The position numbers were made by a program, and so were the translations under genes. The notes beneath the pieces are model-generated. The model was not told where the DNA came from and ran no database searches. It was given only the letters and a program-made list of their open reading frames with translations. A stretch of 64,000 bases of DNA from Mobula hypostoma (Eukaryota): positions 209,562,001 through 209,626,000 of the forward strand of contig NC_086097.1 in NCBI RefSeq assembly GCF_963921235.1, given 5' to 3'. Position 1 is the stretch's first letter; each line of letters opens with the position of its first letter. Positions 35,201 to 49,732 of the stretch are shown here, one piece after another.

Positions 35201-36829
35201 TCCAAACTAAACAACAGAAATCTATAAAAAGAGACTCTAATTCTGAGTTTTGTAACCCACCCTCCAAGTGATAGCAAAGAGACTGGAGAGGACAAAGGGC
35301 AGATACTTGAAAGTACATAATGGTACAGATGGAATATTAGTAAGCTGAATGTCGTAGCCTTGTCATTGTACTCATGCTATAGTAAGCATCCACCTTGTAA
35401 TTTGAAACTTGCTCTTAAAGTTGCAGTAATCTCTATAGTGCAGATTGCAATAGTCGGTTTTTGTTAGGTCCCAAATTGAAATGGATGACATTAAGCAAAC
35501 TGAGCTCCTAATCATATTGAGTGAATCACAAAGAAGGTAAATCAGGAAGTAAAAGTGCATTTTTAACATTTCACTGAGCACAAAATAAAATTTTGAACAA
35601 AGATGAGATTTAGATAAAAGCTGAAATAGAAAAGGTTGAAAGAAAGCTTTGAAATTGATGTTGCAAAATTAATCTGTGAGAATAACAATTAACATGTATA
35701 AAATTAAAATTAGAGAATAGGAAATTGATTTGTAGTAATTGTGGGCTGGTATCCAAGTAGAAACTATAAAGTGACATATTTTCAAGATTTTTTTGCGTAC
35801 TTATCTGAAGTTCAGTTTACTTTTTGGAGATTACACTGGAGAGGGTTGCAAAACAGCAAACCCCAGGAGAGCTCGGAAAAAGCTGACTGCAGCTTCTGGA
35901 TTCCCCTGTTTAATTACACGACAAATTTCTTCGGATTTTCACGGTTGTAGTTGTGAGCACTGATTGCCTCACTACTTTTGTATCTTCAAATTCTAGATTG
36001 ACTGCTTATCAGTGGAGGAACAATCTCAGCAGTTGACCAGCTAATAGCTTCTCAGACTTTGATTTATAGTAAACTATTTAAAAAGAAGATCCACCTGTAA
36101 TAACAAGCCCATTTATCTCATTAATGAGCCAAGCTGGGTGATCTTTCTTACACAAGTACCTCAAAATACAATAAATCAGAAGTGGCTCAGTCTGCAGTGG
36201 GAGATCAATGTAGTTCCAAGCTTCCATCAAGATGTTTCATTGTAGATTTAACAATGGAAAGAAATCTTTTCTAAAGTCAGCCCTGCACAAGGACAGGAAC
36301 CTGTTAAGGATTACCTAAAAGGAGATCAGTTTACAAAAACCAATATTTTAGAAATTGAACTTGCTGTTTATTATTCAGAATATTTGTTATCTATTATTCA
36401 GGATTCTTGTTACCTAAAGATAGTTAAAAGTAGTCTATTCACAAAGCTGGATCAGATGCATAAATAACTATTGGTTTTAATATTTAACTATTTGCCCTAA
36501 ATTAGAATTCTCTTTTCTAGATGTGTAGAAGAAGATAATTTAGACAGAGTTCCCCATGCACTTGTTGACTTTGTTATTTGAAGTTCCTTGAGTGTTGTTC
36601 TAAAAGTGGCAGCTCTGTGACATCAGGGACTTTGTATCTCAAGGGACAAAATCAGCAATGCCAGATTGGATGCATTCACTGGAAAGGCTTTGAAACACCA
36701 GCTGAGCACTGTGATGGGAGCAGTTTGAAAATACTGCATGCCTAGTGAATACTCTAGAGTATTCTGATTTTCAACTTCGCTAACAAAGAGATGGCAAGTC
36801 ACATTCAGTATTGTGCAGAAACATAGGAA

Positions 36830-37700
36830 ATCAGATTTATTATTACTGACACATGATCTGAAATTTGATGTTTTGTAGTAGCAGTGCAGTGTGAAGACAT
36901 AAAATTAAAAATTAGAATAAATAAACAGTGTAAGTAAGAATAACAAGGTTGTGCTCATGGATCTTTAGTGGAGGGGATGAAGCTGTTTCTGAATTGTTGA
37001 GTGTGAGTATGCAGACTCCTGTACCTCAACCCCATCCGCAGCCCACTGGTATTCATGAGAAGAGGCCGTGTCCCGGAAGATGATGAAGCCCACCGTCTTG
37101 AGGCACTGCTTCTTGCAGATGTCCTCACTGGCAGAGAGGGTTGTGATGGAGCTGGCTGAGTGTGCAGTCCTCTGTAGCATTGGTACTGCACCCCCCACAC
37201 CCGGCTATGATGCAGCCAGTCAGAATGGTCTTCACCACACATTTATAGAAATATGTAAGTGCGTTTGGTGACATATCATATCTCCTGACACTCCTAATGA
37301 GGTAGGGCTGGCATGCCTCCTTTGTGATTGCAGTGTGTTGGGCCCAAGGTAGATACTCCGAGATGTTGGTGGCCGCGGAGTTAAAGCTGCTCACCCTTTT
37401 TCACAGCTGGCCACTCAACCAGGACTGATGTGTGTTTTCCAGACTTCTCTTTCCTGAAGTCAACATTGAGTTCATTGGTCCTGAGTACAATGTTGTTGTG
37501 ACACCACTCAGCTAGCTCATTCCTGTATGGCTCATCGTCATTTGAAGTTCTTCCAACAGTGTTGTCATCAGTAAATTTATAGATGGCAGTTAATGAGTGC
37601 AGAGAAGCACCGTGGGTTAGGTACACATCCTTGCAGCGTGCCTGTGTTGATTGTCAGCGAGAAGGAGAAGTTATCATTGATCTTTTCTGGCAGTAGTCTC
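36830..37700 (-). mobile_element. Rex-Babar LINE 3' fragment
   Basis: 'IYKFTDDNTVGR..ELNVDFRK', 'FYKCVVKTILTGCI' and 'FRNSFIPS' remnants. Confidence 0.8.
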
Positions 37701-38167
37701 CAATATGGAAATTAAGGAAATCTTTGTAAATAGTTGTGTATTCTGCAACAGGTCGTAGTATGCTATATGTACAGAGAAAGTTGAAAAATTTGTAAAGTTT
37801 AAAGGAATTCCTGATTTCTAACTGTTTTTTTATGCATCTCAAAAAAAAATACTGATGCATTTGTGAACAGCCTTGGGTTCAGTTTGTGATGTGGAGCTGC
37901 TGAGGGTTACAAGGACATATTTTGGATTTGCTCAGCTTTACTGGAAGTCTACTATGCTAGATCTACCAATCAGGGAGGAATAATCATCCGATGGAGATGG
38001 TTGGTCTGAGAACAGAGTAAAAATGTTGGTGCTATAGCTTATCAAGCTCTCTGTTTCTTAAAACAAAAATGAAAAATTACCTGGATTCGCATTTGATGGG
38101 CTGACCAACAGGTATCCAAATTAAGATTTTCTCCTAAAGGGTAATAAAAATAAATGCTGAATTTATA

Positions 38168-38343
38168 TCAACACACATAAAAGTTGCTGGTGAACGCAGC
38201 AGGCCAAGTAGCATCTCTAGGAAGTGGTACAGTTGACGTTTCAGTACCTCTTCCTAGAGATGCTGCCTGGCCTGCTGTGTTCACCAGCAACTTCTATGTG
38301 TGTTGCTTGAAATTCCAGTATCTGCAGATTTCCTTGTGTTTGC
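38168..38343. repeat. Penelope-like pLTR palindrome with deleted centre
   Basis: CAACACACATAAAAGTTGCTGGTGAAC..CTAGGAAGTGGTAC and GTACCTCTTCCTAG..GTTCACCAGCAACTTCTATGTGTGTTG; same subfamily as 5480-5620. Confidence 0.8.
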
Positions 38344-38419
38344 TGAATTTATATGTTTCTTTTAAAAACTTTTATTTAGATTGTAATTTAAATTACAAGT
38401 AGTAGATTCTCTGTTTTAC

Positions 38420-38810
38420 AATCAAATGCTCCCCATACCCCTTCCTTCCTGGAACATCCGCTGGACCCTCTTCAATGCCAGAATATCCTTTCTTAGGTTA
38501 GGGGCCCAAAGCTGCTCACAATAATCCAAATGCGGTCTGTCCAATGCCTTAAAAAGCTTCAGCATTATACCCTTGCTTTTTTACATTCTGATCCTCTCAA
38601 ACTGAATGCTAACATTGCATTTGCCTTCGATTCAACCTGCAAATTAACCTTTAGGGAAGCCTGCACAAGGAGTCCCAAGTCTCTTTGTATCTCCAGTTTC
38701 TGAATTTGCTCCCCATTTAGAAAGTAGTTCTGTGCCTTTATTCCTTCAACCAAAATGCATAACCATATAGTTCCCTACACTGTATTCCATCTGTTATTTC
38801 TTTGCCCATT
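38420..38810 (-). mobile_element. CR1 LINE fragment
   Basis: ORF 38565-38753 'YFLNGEQIQK..QRDLGLLVQASLKVNLQV..KANAMLAF'. Confidence 0.8.
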
Positions 38811-41800
38811 GTCACCACTATAATTCCTATTCTGAAATATTAAGGCTTTCAAACATGAAATTATTGTGGGGGCGGCTTTCTGCTCAAGAACTGAATATTA
38901 TCTCATAGAAAAAGAAGCTGTTGCAGTACATAGAAGGAGAGAACTGCCAAATTGGTGTTGGAATTCTGCATGTGCCATTTACAGCAGTTTAGCAAGAATA
39001 TATCCTTGGTCTTTTAATGTAATGCTTCCTACAAATACTACTAAATAATGAAAACCAATTATTTAATTCATAATAATGTATATAGTTTTAGCTAGTAGGA
39101 ATTAAATTTATAATCAATAACTTTTATGACGTGAAGCAAACCCTTATGGAATCATTGATAATAGATATAATTCTCACCTTGTACATAACATCATATTGTT
39201 ATAGGATTTTTGTATAGGAGCTTTGAATGTATAAAGGAGTTGTCTCTGTTAGTTGAGCATTATTATTGCCAAGAAATTAGATCTGTTTGAAAGCATGACC
39301 TAAGCACTATTTAATAATTGACTAACGATGAACATACACTAAGCCCACTACTTAATTATCTTCCCCAGAGACTGTGGCTGTGAGTTTTATTGACAATCTG
39401 TCTCATATTTTTTTTATTTTGGTAGATGAGAATTTTTAAATCGTTTATTTTGTTCCCCACCTTTCTGTTGACTAGTGCAAGTATAATTGGCAGCTCAAAT
39501 CTATAAAACCAAAGCAGCATTTTAAATGTTGTTCTTTTTAAAATTATCTACTTACATTTGCGCCATTTTAAATGTTATGAAATATTTAATGTATCTTTAA
39601 GAAATTGCTCATTTGAGTGGATTCTTTTATTTTTGAAGTAATTTATTTAGCACATTTTAGACTTCATTTTTTTGCATTATTATTGTTAAATATTTAGTTT
39701 TGATGTCATTTTAGCATAAATAATACTCGGTATGTTGGCAGAGTACGGGCATTGTCTACATTACAGGAATGGGGTAAGCTGAGTTCCTAATAAAATGGTC
39801 CATATCACAATGTTATGTAATGTCATCTGCACGTGTTAAGAAACACGACCTCTAAAAGGATATACTTATTATTCAGTATCTTAAAATTTTAAGTGATTTG
39901 TGAATTCTATAAGAGCAAATTTCCATGACTCAAATGGCCGTAATGCAGGCATCGCTGATACAGCATATTGATATTCATATCCATGGTGTGTTATTCATCT
40001 AGATGTGCATAACAGTTGCTGTAGGTAATATAGAGAAATGCATCTTGCCTTGCACCCCTCAGTTGTTCAGGTATCATATATGGTCTTTATTTTGGACCCA
40101 ACATTTATTACTGTATTACATTGGTTCCCAGGCCAAAAAAATAAATTAATTCATAACCAGCATGTGTCCTGTTGTTAGCACTCTCAATTATTGCAGATGT
40201 CATCTTTTTGTTGCGTAGAAGTCAAAAGGACCTTAGCTTTTAAAGCACACTTAAAAACATATATTAATTTTCATAATAGATCAAGATTTTCAACTTGTAA
40301 GCAGAACATTTTATGTGGCATTAACCTTGAATGTTTTGAAGTGTATGTTCATGGTGAAATCAAGCATTGGAAAAGCCTTTGAAATGTTCACAATGCATAA
40401 AATGTCTGAGTGCACTATTTATACCATTAAAATAAAATTTTAAAAACTACTGACACACAATGTGAAAAAACTATAATCTTAAGTCTTTATAATGTAAAAC
40501 AAGTTTTATTTCATATCCCTTATAGACATCAGAGTTGACATTGTGAGAAAATTCAAAATCAGGTTGAATTCCTTAACTGTTGAACTTTTTATTGCAGTTG
40601 ACAATCAGTACTGTTTTTTTTCATCGTTGTTCTGGAAAACCCTAGATATCATTGGTCATGATGCCTGTGAATTCCTCCATCTTAGAAACCAAAACAGGAT
40701 ATTAATTTGATGAGCAGGCCTGCTGTAATTTGCATACTTTCAGAGTACAAAGAAAATTAGCAAGTCTCTGAGAATTGATTGATTAACAAATAAAGTCGAT
40801 GGTAAGTGGTGTTGGCAGGAGCCAAGAGGCACTGGTTGTGCTCAGGAGGAGATTCTTGGGAGGGTGAGAAAGCCCAGGGGAGAAGAATGCCATAATTTCC
40901 TTATGGACTCAAAGCACCAGGTTCACACAGAAGCATAAAAGATAAGCATGCAAATATTTTTTGCTGGATCTTCTTCGTCTTTTTGGCACTTTTCACCAGT
41001 AGGGAAGCTCATGTTAATGTGGCAGATTGGATCCTGATTTGTCTTTGCAAAACCACATCTGCTTAGTTAAGAGGACTACACTGGTTTGGACCTGGTAGTA
41101 TTTGAAGATTTACAAATTTGGAAGTAACTGTCAGTAATTGAGGTTGTAACAGATTCACTGACAAGTATCTATATGAGCACTCGAATGCCCTGGCCAGGAG
41201 ATAGAGGACGGGATTAGAACAGATGGGTGCTAATTGATCAGCTTGGATATGGTGGGTTGAATGGCCCGTTTGCATGCTGTACGATTGCAGGAGTTGACCA
41301 GTGAACCAATTCTTCTGTGCAGGATTCAGGAAGTACTCCATTGTTAAGAGTTCCAGTTCTTTAGGTGAGTAATTCAAATGTGGTTGAATGCCTGATCCCA
41401 CCATCCATGAGGATGGGTTGTTCTCAGAAGCTAGAGAAATAGGAGCAGAGGTGGACACTCTCACATTTGAGCCTGTTGCACTGTTCATGAACGTCATGGT
41501 TGATCTTCTACCTCAGTGACATTTTCCAGCAAAGCTCTTTAATTCACCTCTTGTTTGCTGTTTAATTTTGCATTACTATTCGTATTTAGATGTGATATAG
41601 CTACAGAACTTTGATCTGATCTCTTGGTCAGGGATAACTGGATTCTGCTTATTGTTTGGTATTTTTGCTTTTTAATACATATAGTTCTGTGCTAGAGGTT
41701 CTTCCATTGTCACATCAATTATCGGTATATGTGATGTTGTTTCTGGCTTGCCCTTCATTAAACTAGGACTGATCTCCTCTCTAGACTGTAGTAACGGTAG

Positions 41801-42221
41801 AATGAAGGATACCCCTTGTCATATAGTTACAAATTGTGGTGGAATACACAGTATCTGCTACATGATGGTATAAAAGCTGTGATTATAAATAATGGGTCCA
41901 CAAAGACTCAACTCAAGTGCAGACTGGCATTAAACAAAGCTGCATCATCATTCCCATCTTCTTCTTCATCTTTCTCATCACAATACTACTCAACAGCTCC
42001 ATAAACTTCCCAGGGTATGAATAGGAAAATGCTTCATCTGTCTGTTCTATACTTGCAATATAAGGTCACCTCTACGTCAGTTGTTGAATTGCACTGCACA
42101 GATGACATTTGTATATGCCTCAGCTTGAGGCCAAACTCAGAGCTGTGAGGAGGATGGGCTTTGCACCCAATGAGTACAGCAGAAAGGTCCTGTACCAATC
42201 TGGGCTTGTCCTTCAAACAAT

Positions 42222-45200
42222 GAACATAAGAAATAGGAGCAGGAGTAGGTCATCTGGCCCATCGAGCCTGCTCTGCCATTCAATAAGATACTGGCTGATG
42301 TGACCATGGATTCATCTCCACCTACCTTGCCTTTTACCCATAGCCCTTAATTCCCCTACTATGCAAAAATCTATCCAACCTTGTCTTAAATATATTTACT
42401 GAGGTAGCCTCCACTGCATCATTGGGCAGAGAATTCAACAGATTCACCACTCTTTGGGAAAAACAGTTGCTCCTCATCTTCATCCTAAATTTGCTCCCCC
42501 AAATCTTGAGGCTATGTCCCCTAGTTCTAGTCTCACCTACCAGTGGAAATAACTTTCCTACATCTATCTTATCTATGCCTTTAACAATTTTATATGTTTC
42601 TATAATATCTCCTCTCATTCTTCTGAGTTCCAGCAGGTACAGTCCCAGGTAACTCATTCTCTCCTTATAGTCTAACTCCCTCATCTCTGGAGTTAACTCT
42701 GGTGAACCTCCTCTGCCCCACCTTCAAAACCAATATATCCTTCCTCAAGTAAGGAGACCAGAACTGCATGCACTACTCCAGGTGTGGCCTCATCAGTTCC
42801 CTGTACAGTTGCAGCATAACCTCCCTGCTCTTAAATTCAATCCCTCTAGCAATGAAGGCCAACATTCCATTTGCATTCTTGATAGCCTGCTGCACCTGCA
42901 AACCAACCTTTTGTGAATCATGCACAAGCACCCCCAAGTCCCTCTGCACAGCAGCATGCTGCAAACTTTTACCATTTAAATAATAATCTGCTCTTTCGTT
43001 TTTCTTTCCAAAGTGGATCACCTCGCATTTACCAACATTGTACTCCATCTGCCAGACCGATTGCCCAGCACTGAACCTATCTATATCTCTCTGCAGACTC
43101 TCCGTATCCTCTGCACAATTTGCTTTTCCACAAACTTAGATAGACTACACTCGGTCCCCTCTTCCAGATCATTAATGTATATCGCGAACAATTGTGTGTC
43201 TAGCACAGACCCCTGCAGCACACCACTCACCACTGATTGCCAACCAGAGAAATTTCCATGTATCCTAAATCTCTGCTTTCTATTGGTTAACCAATCCTCT
43301 ATCCCTGCTCATACATCACCCCCAACTCTATGCATCTTTATCCTATGGATAAGTCTTTTATGTGGCACCTTATCGAACGCCTTCTGAAAATCCAAGTAAT
43401 TAATGTCCATCTGTTCCCCACTATCCACAGTGCTGTTATATCCTCAAAGAACTCCAGTAAGTATGTCAAACAGGATCTGCCTTTGCTAAATCCATGCTGC
43501 GTCTGCCTGATGGATCTATTTCTTTCCAGGTGCCTCGCTATTTCTTCTTTAATGATAGCTTTAAGCATTTTCCCAACTACAGATGTTAAACTAACTGGCT
43601 TATAGTTACCTGCCTTTTGCCTACATCCTTTTTCGAACAGTGGCGTGACATTCACCATCTTCCCAACTACTGGAACCTGTCCAGAGAATTTTGGTAAATT
43701 ATCACAAAAGCCTCTACTATAACCTCTGCCATTTTCTTTCAGTTCCCTGGGATGCATTCCATCAGGACCAGGGGACTTGTCTATCCTTAGGCCCACAAAT
43801 GTGCACAGCAATACCTGTTTATTGATAACTATTGTATCAAGGTCCTCAACTCCCATCAGTTCCATATCATCTCTCTTTGATATGTTAGACGTGTCCTGCA
43901 CCGTGAGGACCGACACAAAATAGTCATTCAAAGCCTCAGCCATTTCCTCATTACCCAAGATCAATTCCCCCTTGTTGTCCTCGAAGGGACCTCAATTTCA
44001 TAAGCCACCCTTTTCTGCTTCATATAATCAGGAAAATTTTACTATCCATTTTTATATTTTGTGCTAGTTTATTTTCATAATCTATCTTACCTTTATTTAT
44101 TGCTCGCTTAGTGGTTCTTTGTTGCTGTTTAAAATTTTCCAAATCTTCCAGTTTCCCACTACTCTTGGTGACTTTGTACACACAAACTTTTAGTCTGATG
44201 CCTTCCTTTATTTCCTTAGTTATCAGTGGCTGCCTCTCCTTACCATTACTGTCCTTGCTCTTAACTGGAATATTCTTTTGCTTAGCACCATGAAAAATCT
44301 CTTTGAATGTCTTCCATTGTTCCTCAAATGTCCCACCATATAGCCTTGGTTCCCAGACTACTCTAACCAAATCCTCCCTCATCCCATTGTAGTCTCCATT
44401 GTTCAGGTATAATACACTGATTTTTCATCGAACTATCACACCCTCCATTTGTATGAGAAACTCAATCATGCTGTGATCACTCTTTCCAAGAGGGTCCCTA
44501 ACTATAAGATCACTAATTTTACCTGTCTAATTGGACCAGATCCAAGACAGCACGTTCCCTTGTAGATTCAATAACATGCTGTTCAAGAAAGCCATCATGG
44601 ATGCATTCTATGAAGTCCTCCTCAAGACTGCCTCAACCAACTTGATTCACCCAATCTATATGCAAGGTAAAGTCCCCCATGATAACTGTTGTTTTACTCT
44701 TGCATGCCTCAGATATTTCTCAGTTTATTGCCTGTGCCACTATTCGATGGCCTATAGACAACTTCCACCAGTGACTTTTTTTCCCCCTTTACTATTCCTA
44801 ATCTCTACCCAGATGGATTCAACATTCTGCCCCTTAGATCTTGTAACGTCTCTCACTATCGCCCCGATCTCATCCTTACTTAGAGTGCTACCCCACCTCC
44901 CTTACCTTCCTGCCTATCCTTCTGTATTACCTGATATCCTTGGATATTTAATTCCTAATCCTCTCCACCCTGCAACCACATTTCTGTAATGGCCACTAAA
45001 TCATACCACCTTTATACTGATTTGTGCTATAAGATCACTGACCTTGTTACGAATACTACGGGCATTGAGATAAAGTGCACCACTCATTGTGCCTTTAAAA
45101 CCTTGCAATCTTTGTCTCTTTTGTACTTGACTTTTCTGCACACCATCCTTACTTTTCTCTTTTTTTAACATTTGCTTTTATTTTATCTTTATTCACACTT
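42222..45200 (-). mobile_element. Decayed CR1 LINE, most of ORF2
   Basis: Successive minus-strand ORFs 44020-44382, 43338-43964 (KSPGPDGMHPR..YKPVSLTSVVGKML..QHGFSKGRSCLT), 42773-43048 and 42334-42684, ending in a CR1 3' tail at about 42222. Confidence 0.9.
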
Positions 45201-45439
45201 TTCTCTTCTACTTTATCCATACTTCTCCAACCTGAAGGTCCATGACAAGACCATTGACAATGTGGACTATGTTCCATCTGTTCACTCTCAATGCTGGTGA
45301 TAAATTTCACTACAAGCTTTATTGAACCAGCACAGCTTTGCATTTTGAGGAGATGTCTACTTGAAAATCGAAGCATCAAACCAACCAGAAGTTTATTTGT
45401 TTATTTATTTATTGGGACACATCATGGAATAGGCCCTGT

Positions 45440-46542
45440 GAGATGTGCCACCCAGGGCCTCAGTACCCCCTCGTGCAATTGGATCCTGGATTGCCTCGCT
45501 CATAGAGACTGGTCAGTTCAGATTGGCCAAGAACATCTCCACTATCTCCATCAGGACAGGATCACTGCTGGGATGTGCACTTAGCCCCCTGCTCTACTCT
45601 ACTCACTTTACACCTGTGACTGTGCGGCTAAGTACAACTCCAACACCATATACAAGTTTGCTGATGACACCACTGGTGTGGGCTGTATCAAAGGGGGTGA
45701 TGAATCAGCATACAGGAGGGAGATTGAACACTTGGCTGAGTGGTGAAATAGCAACGATCCCTCACTCAATATCAATAAGATCAAAGAACTGATTGTAGAC
45801 TTCAGAAGAGGGAGACCAGAGGTCCATGAGTCAGTAATCACTGGAGAAGCAGAGGTGGAAAGGGTCAGTAACTTTAGATTCCTGGATATCACGATCCCAG
45901 AGGACCTATCCTGGACCCATCAGATAAATACAGTTATGAAGAAAGCACGACAGCACCTCTACCTCCTCAGGAGTCTGCAGAGATTTGACATGTCATGGAA
46001 AATTTTGGCAAACTTCTATAGATGTGTTATAGAAAGTGTGCTTTACGACCTGTAACGACCAATGCCTTGTAGCAGAAAATCTCTCAAAAAGTAGTGGATT
46101 TGGCCAATGCATCACGAGAAAAACATTCCAAACCATTGAGCATATCGATATGTATCATTGCCGTAGAAAAGCTGAATCCATCATCAAAGATCCTCAGTAT
46201 CCAGACCATGCTCTTTTTTGCTCCTGTAAGCAGGTGCCTCAGGATTCGCACCATCAGGTTCAAGAACAGTTACTACCCCTTAACCAACCAGCTCTTGAAA
46301 AAAAGGGGACAACTACACTTATTTAAGGACTCTCTTCTCTTGTTATTTCATGCTCATCATTTGTTGCTATTTATTTATTATCTGCACAGTTTACAGTTCA
46401 CTGTTCCGCTGTTTGCCGTTTACAGAATCTGTTTACAGTTACTTTTCTATGGATTTGCTAAGTATGTCCGCAGAAAAAGAATCTCGGGTTTATATGTGGT
46501 GACATGTATGTACTTTGATAATGAATTTTACTTTGAATTTTG
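45440..46542 (+). mobile_element. Rex-Babar LINE 3' half
   Basis: 'GCALSPLLYS..YKFADDT..VSNFRFLDITIPEDLSWT..KKARQHLYLLRSL', ending in an (ACTTTG) tail. Confidence 0.85.
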
Positions 46543-46544
46543 AA

Positions 46545-47300
46545 CACGTCCCAGTCCACAGACTTGAAGCGATCCCATCAGCCATTCCTCTGCCTCCACC
46601 GACTACTACTTTGCTGTCCTTGTCTCTGGATCCTTGCTCTTTAGCCTCTGCCTGTATTCAGGCAGGTGATCAGATTTCCCAAAATGCGGTTTAGACATGG
46701 AACTGTAAGCATTCTCAATCATACTATAGCAGTAGTCAGTGTTTGGGGACCCTGGTGCTGCAGGTTATATGCTGATAGTAGGGCAGAGATTTCTTCAAAC
46801 AAACCTGACTGAGGTCCTTGACAGTGATTTTAAATGTGTTGAGGTGGGCTATTTATTGTTTGGTGATGGCAGCATTCAATATTTTGAGTGTCAGCATTTG
46901 GTGGTATGTAAGCTGTGGTCAAGATCACGGAGAACTCTTTTGGTAAGTAGAACAGTCAGCACTTAATTATTAGATGTTCCAGGTTGGGGGAACGAGTGCA
47001 ACAAGACCACAATATTTGAGCACCATGAAGAGTTTATCATGAAACACAGACTCCCATCTTTTACCTTCTGTGAATAAGCAGGGTATCCTGTGTATTGAGT
47101 TGCATTTGGGTTTTGCCGATATGTCCAGTGTGTTCAGAGTGAGCCATGCCTCCATGAAATACAGAACGCAGCAGTTTCTCATTTCCCTCCAATACAGCAA
47201 TCTTACCATTCAGTTCTCAATCTTGTTTCCCAGAGACTGTACATTTGCTAACAAAATACTGGGTAGAGGAACTTTCATTTCTGCATTAGGAGACTTCCAT
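46545..47300 (-). mobile_element. Rex-Babar LINE APE-region fragment, opposite orientation
   Basis: ORF 46970-47209 'RLLYWREMRNCCVLYFMEAWLT'. Confidence 0.7.
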
Positions 47301-47727
47301 TTCTGTTAACTTCTCCTGATGTATCTGCCTCTACAACCAACCCCAGCAGTGTGTTCCATGCATTTTCCACTGTCTGTGTTTATATTCAAAAAATCTACTT
47401 CCGACGTCCTCTCTATACTTTGCTCCAATCACGTTAAAATTACATCCTCGCATATTAGTCATTGTGCCCTTGGAAAAGTGACACTGGTTTTCCATTCTTT
47501 ATATGACTCTTATCATTCTTATCATCTTATACCCCTTCTATAATGTCATCTCTCATCCTCCTTCACTCCATAGAGAAAAGCCCTAGCTTTCTCAACCTTT
47601 CCTCCTCAGAACAATGTGGATGCAAGCCATCATTATTCAATAGACAATAGACAATAGGTGCAGAAGTAGACCATTTGGCCCTTCGAGCCTGCACCACCAT
47701 TCTGAGATCATGGCTGATCATCTACTA

Positions 47728-48999
47728 TCAATACCCGGTTCCTGCCTTGTCCTCATAACCCTTGATTCCCCTATCCATAAGATACCTATCTAGCTCCTTC
47801 TTGAAACCATCCAGAGAATTGGCCTCCACTGCCTTCCGAGGCAGTGCGTTCCACACCTCCACAACTCTCTGGGAGAAGAAGTTCCTCCTCAACTCTGTCC
47901 TAAATGACTCACCCCTTATTCTTAAACCATGCCCTCTGGTACTGGACTCTCCCAGCATCTGGAACATATTTCCTGCCTCTATCTTGTCCAATCCCTTTAT
48001 AATCTTATATGTCTCAATCAGATCCCCCCTCAATCTCCTTAATTCCAGCATGTACAAGCCCAGTCTCTCTAACCTCTCTGCGTAAGACAGTCCGGACATC
48101 CCAGGAATTAACCTAGTGAACCTGCGCTGCACCTCCTCCACAGCCAGGATGTCCTTCCTTAACTCTAGAGACCAAAACTGCACACAATACTCCAGGTGTG
48201 GTCTCACCAGGGCCCTGTACAAATGCAAAAGTATTTCCTTGTTTTTGTACTCAATTCCCTTTGTAATAAAGGCCAACATTCCATTAGCCTTCTTCACTGC
48301 CTGCTGCACTTGCTCATTCACCTTCAGAGACTGATGAACAAGTACTCCTAGATCTCTTAGTATTCCTCCCCTACCTAACTCCACACCGTTCAGATAATAA
48401 TTTGCCTTCCTGTTCTTGCTCCCAAAGTGAATAACCTCACACTTATTCACATTAAACGCCATCTGCCAAGTTTCTGCCCACTCACCCAGCCTATCCAAGT
48501 CACCTTGAATTCTCCTAACATCCTCATCACTTGTCACACTGCCACCCAGCTTAGTATCATCAGCAAACTTGCTGATGTTATTCACAATGCCTTCCTCTAA
48601 ATCATTGACGTAAATCGTAAGCAGCTGTGGTCCCAACACCGAGCCCTGTGGCACCCCACTAGTCACCACCTGCCATTCCGAGAAACACCCATTCACTGCT
48701 ACCCTTTGCTTTCTATCTGCCAACCAGTTTTCTATCCATGTCAATATCCTCCCCCCAATGCCATAAGCTCTGATTTTACCCACCAATCTCCTATGTGGTA
48801 CCTTATCAAATGCCTTCTGAAAGTCAAGGTACACCACAACCACTGGATCTCCCGCATCTATCTTCCTGGTTACATCCTTGAAAAACTCTAATAGATTAGT
48901 CAAGCATGATTTGCCCTTGGTAAATCCATGCTGGCTCGGCCCAATCCTATCACTGCTATCAAGTTTATCTTTAATAATGGACTCAAGCAGCTTCCCCAC
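47728..48999 (-). CDS. CR1 ORF2 reverse-transcriptase segment (423 aa open)
   Basis: QHGFTKGKSCLTNL..YLDFQKAFDKVPH..GVPQGSVLGP..ISKFADDTKLGG..RPHLEYCVQFW. Confidence 0.85.
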   Translation of the reverse strand: MGKLLESIIKDKLDSSDRIGPSQHGFTKGKSCLTNLLEFFKDVTRKIDAGDPVVVVYLDFQKAFDKVPHRRLVGKIRAYGIGGRILTWIENWLADRKQRVAVNGCFSEWQVVTSGVPQGSVLGPQLLTIYVNDLEEGIVNNISKFADDTKLGGSVTSDEDVRRIQGDLDRLGEWAETWQMAFNVNKCEVIHFGSKNRKANYYLNGVELGRGGILRDLGVLVHQSLKVNEQVQQAVKKANGMLAFITKGIEYKNKEILLHLYRALVRPHLEYCVQFWSLELRKDILAVEEVQRRFTRLIPGMSGLSYAERLERLGLYMLELRRLRGDLIETYKIIKGLDKIEAGNMFQMLGESSTRGHGLRIRGESFRTELRRNFFSQRVVEVWNALPRKAVEANSLDGFKKELDRYLMDRGIKGYEDKAGTGY

Positions 49000-49732
49000 T
49001 ACTGATGTTAGGCTAACAGGGCGATAGTTCTCTGTTTTCTCCCTCCCTCATTTCTTAAAAAGTGGGATAACATTAGCCATTCGCCAATCCTCAGGAACTG
49101 ATCCTGAATCTAAGGAACATTGGAAAATGATCACCAATGCATCCACAATTTCCAGAGCCACCTCCTTTAGTACCCTAGGATGCAGACCATCTGGACCTGG
49201 GGATTTGTTAGCCTTCAGTCCCATCAGTCTACTCATCACCATTTCCTTCCTAATGTCAATCTGTTTCAGTTCCTCTGTTACCCTATGTCCTTGGCCCATC
49301 CATACATCTGGGAGATTGCTTGTGTCTTCCCTAGTGAAGACAGATCCAAAGTACTTATTAAATTTGTCTGCCATTTCTCTGTTTCCCATAACAATTTCTC
49401 CCAATTCATTCTTCAAGGGCCCAACATTGTTCTTAACTATCTTCCTTCTCTTCACATACCTAAAAAAAACTTTTGCTATCCTCATTTATATTCCTAGCTA
49501 GCTTGCGTTCATACCTCATTTTTTCTCCCCGTATAGCCTTTTTAGTTAAGTTCTGTTGCTCCTTAAAAATTTCCCAATCATCCGTCTTCCCACTCACCTT
49601 GGCTCTGTTATATTTCTTCTTTTTTAATGCTATGCTATCTCTGACTTCCTTTGTCAACCACTGTGGCCACTTTCCCCCCTTTGAATCCTTCCTTCTCCAG
49701 GGGATGAACTGATTTTGCACCTTGTGCATTAT

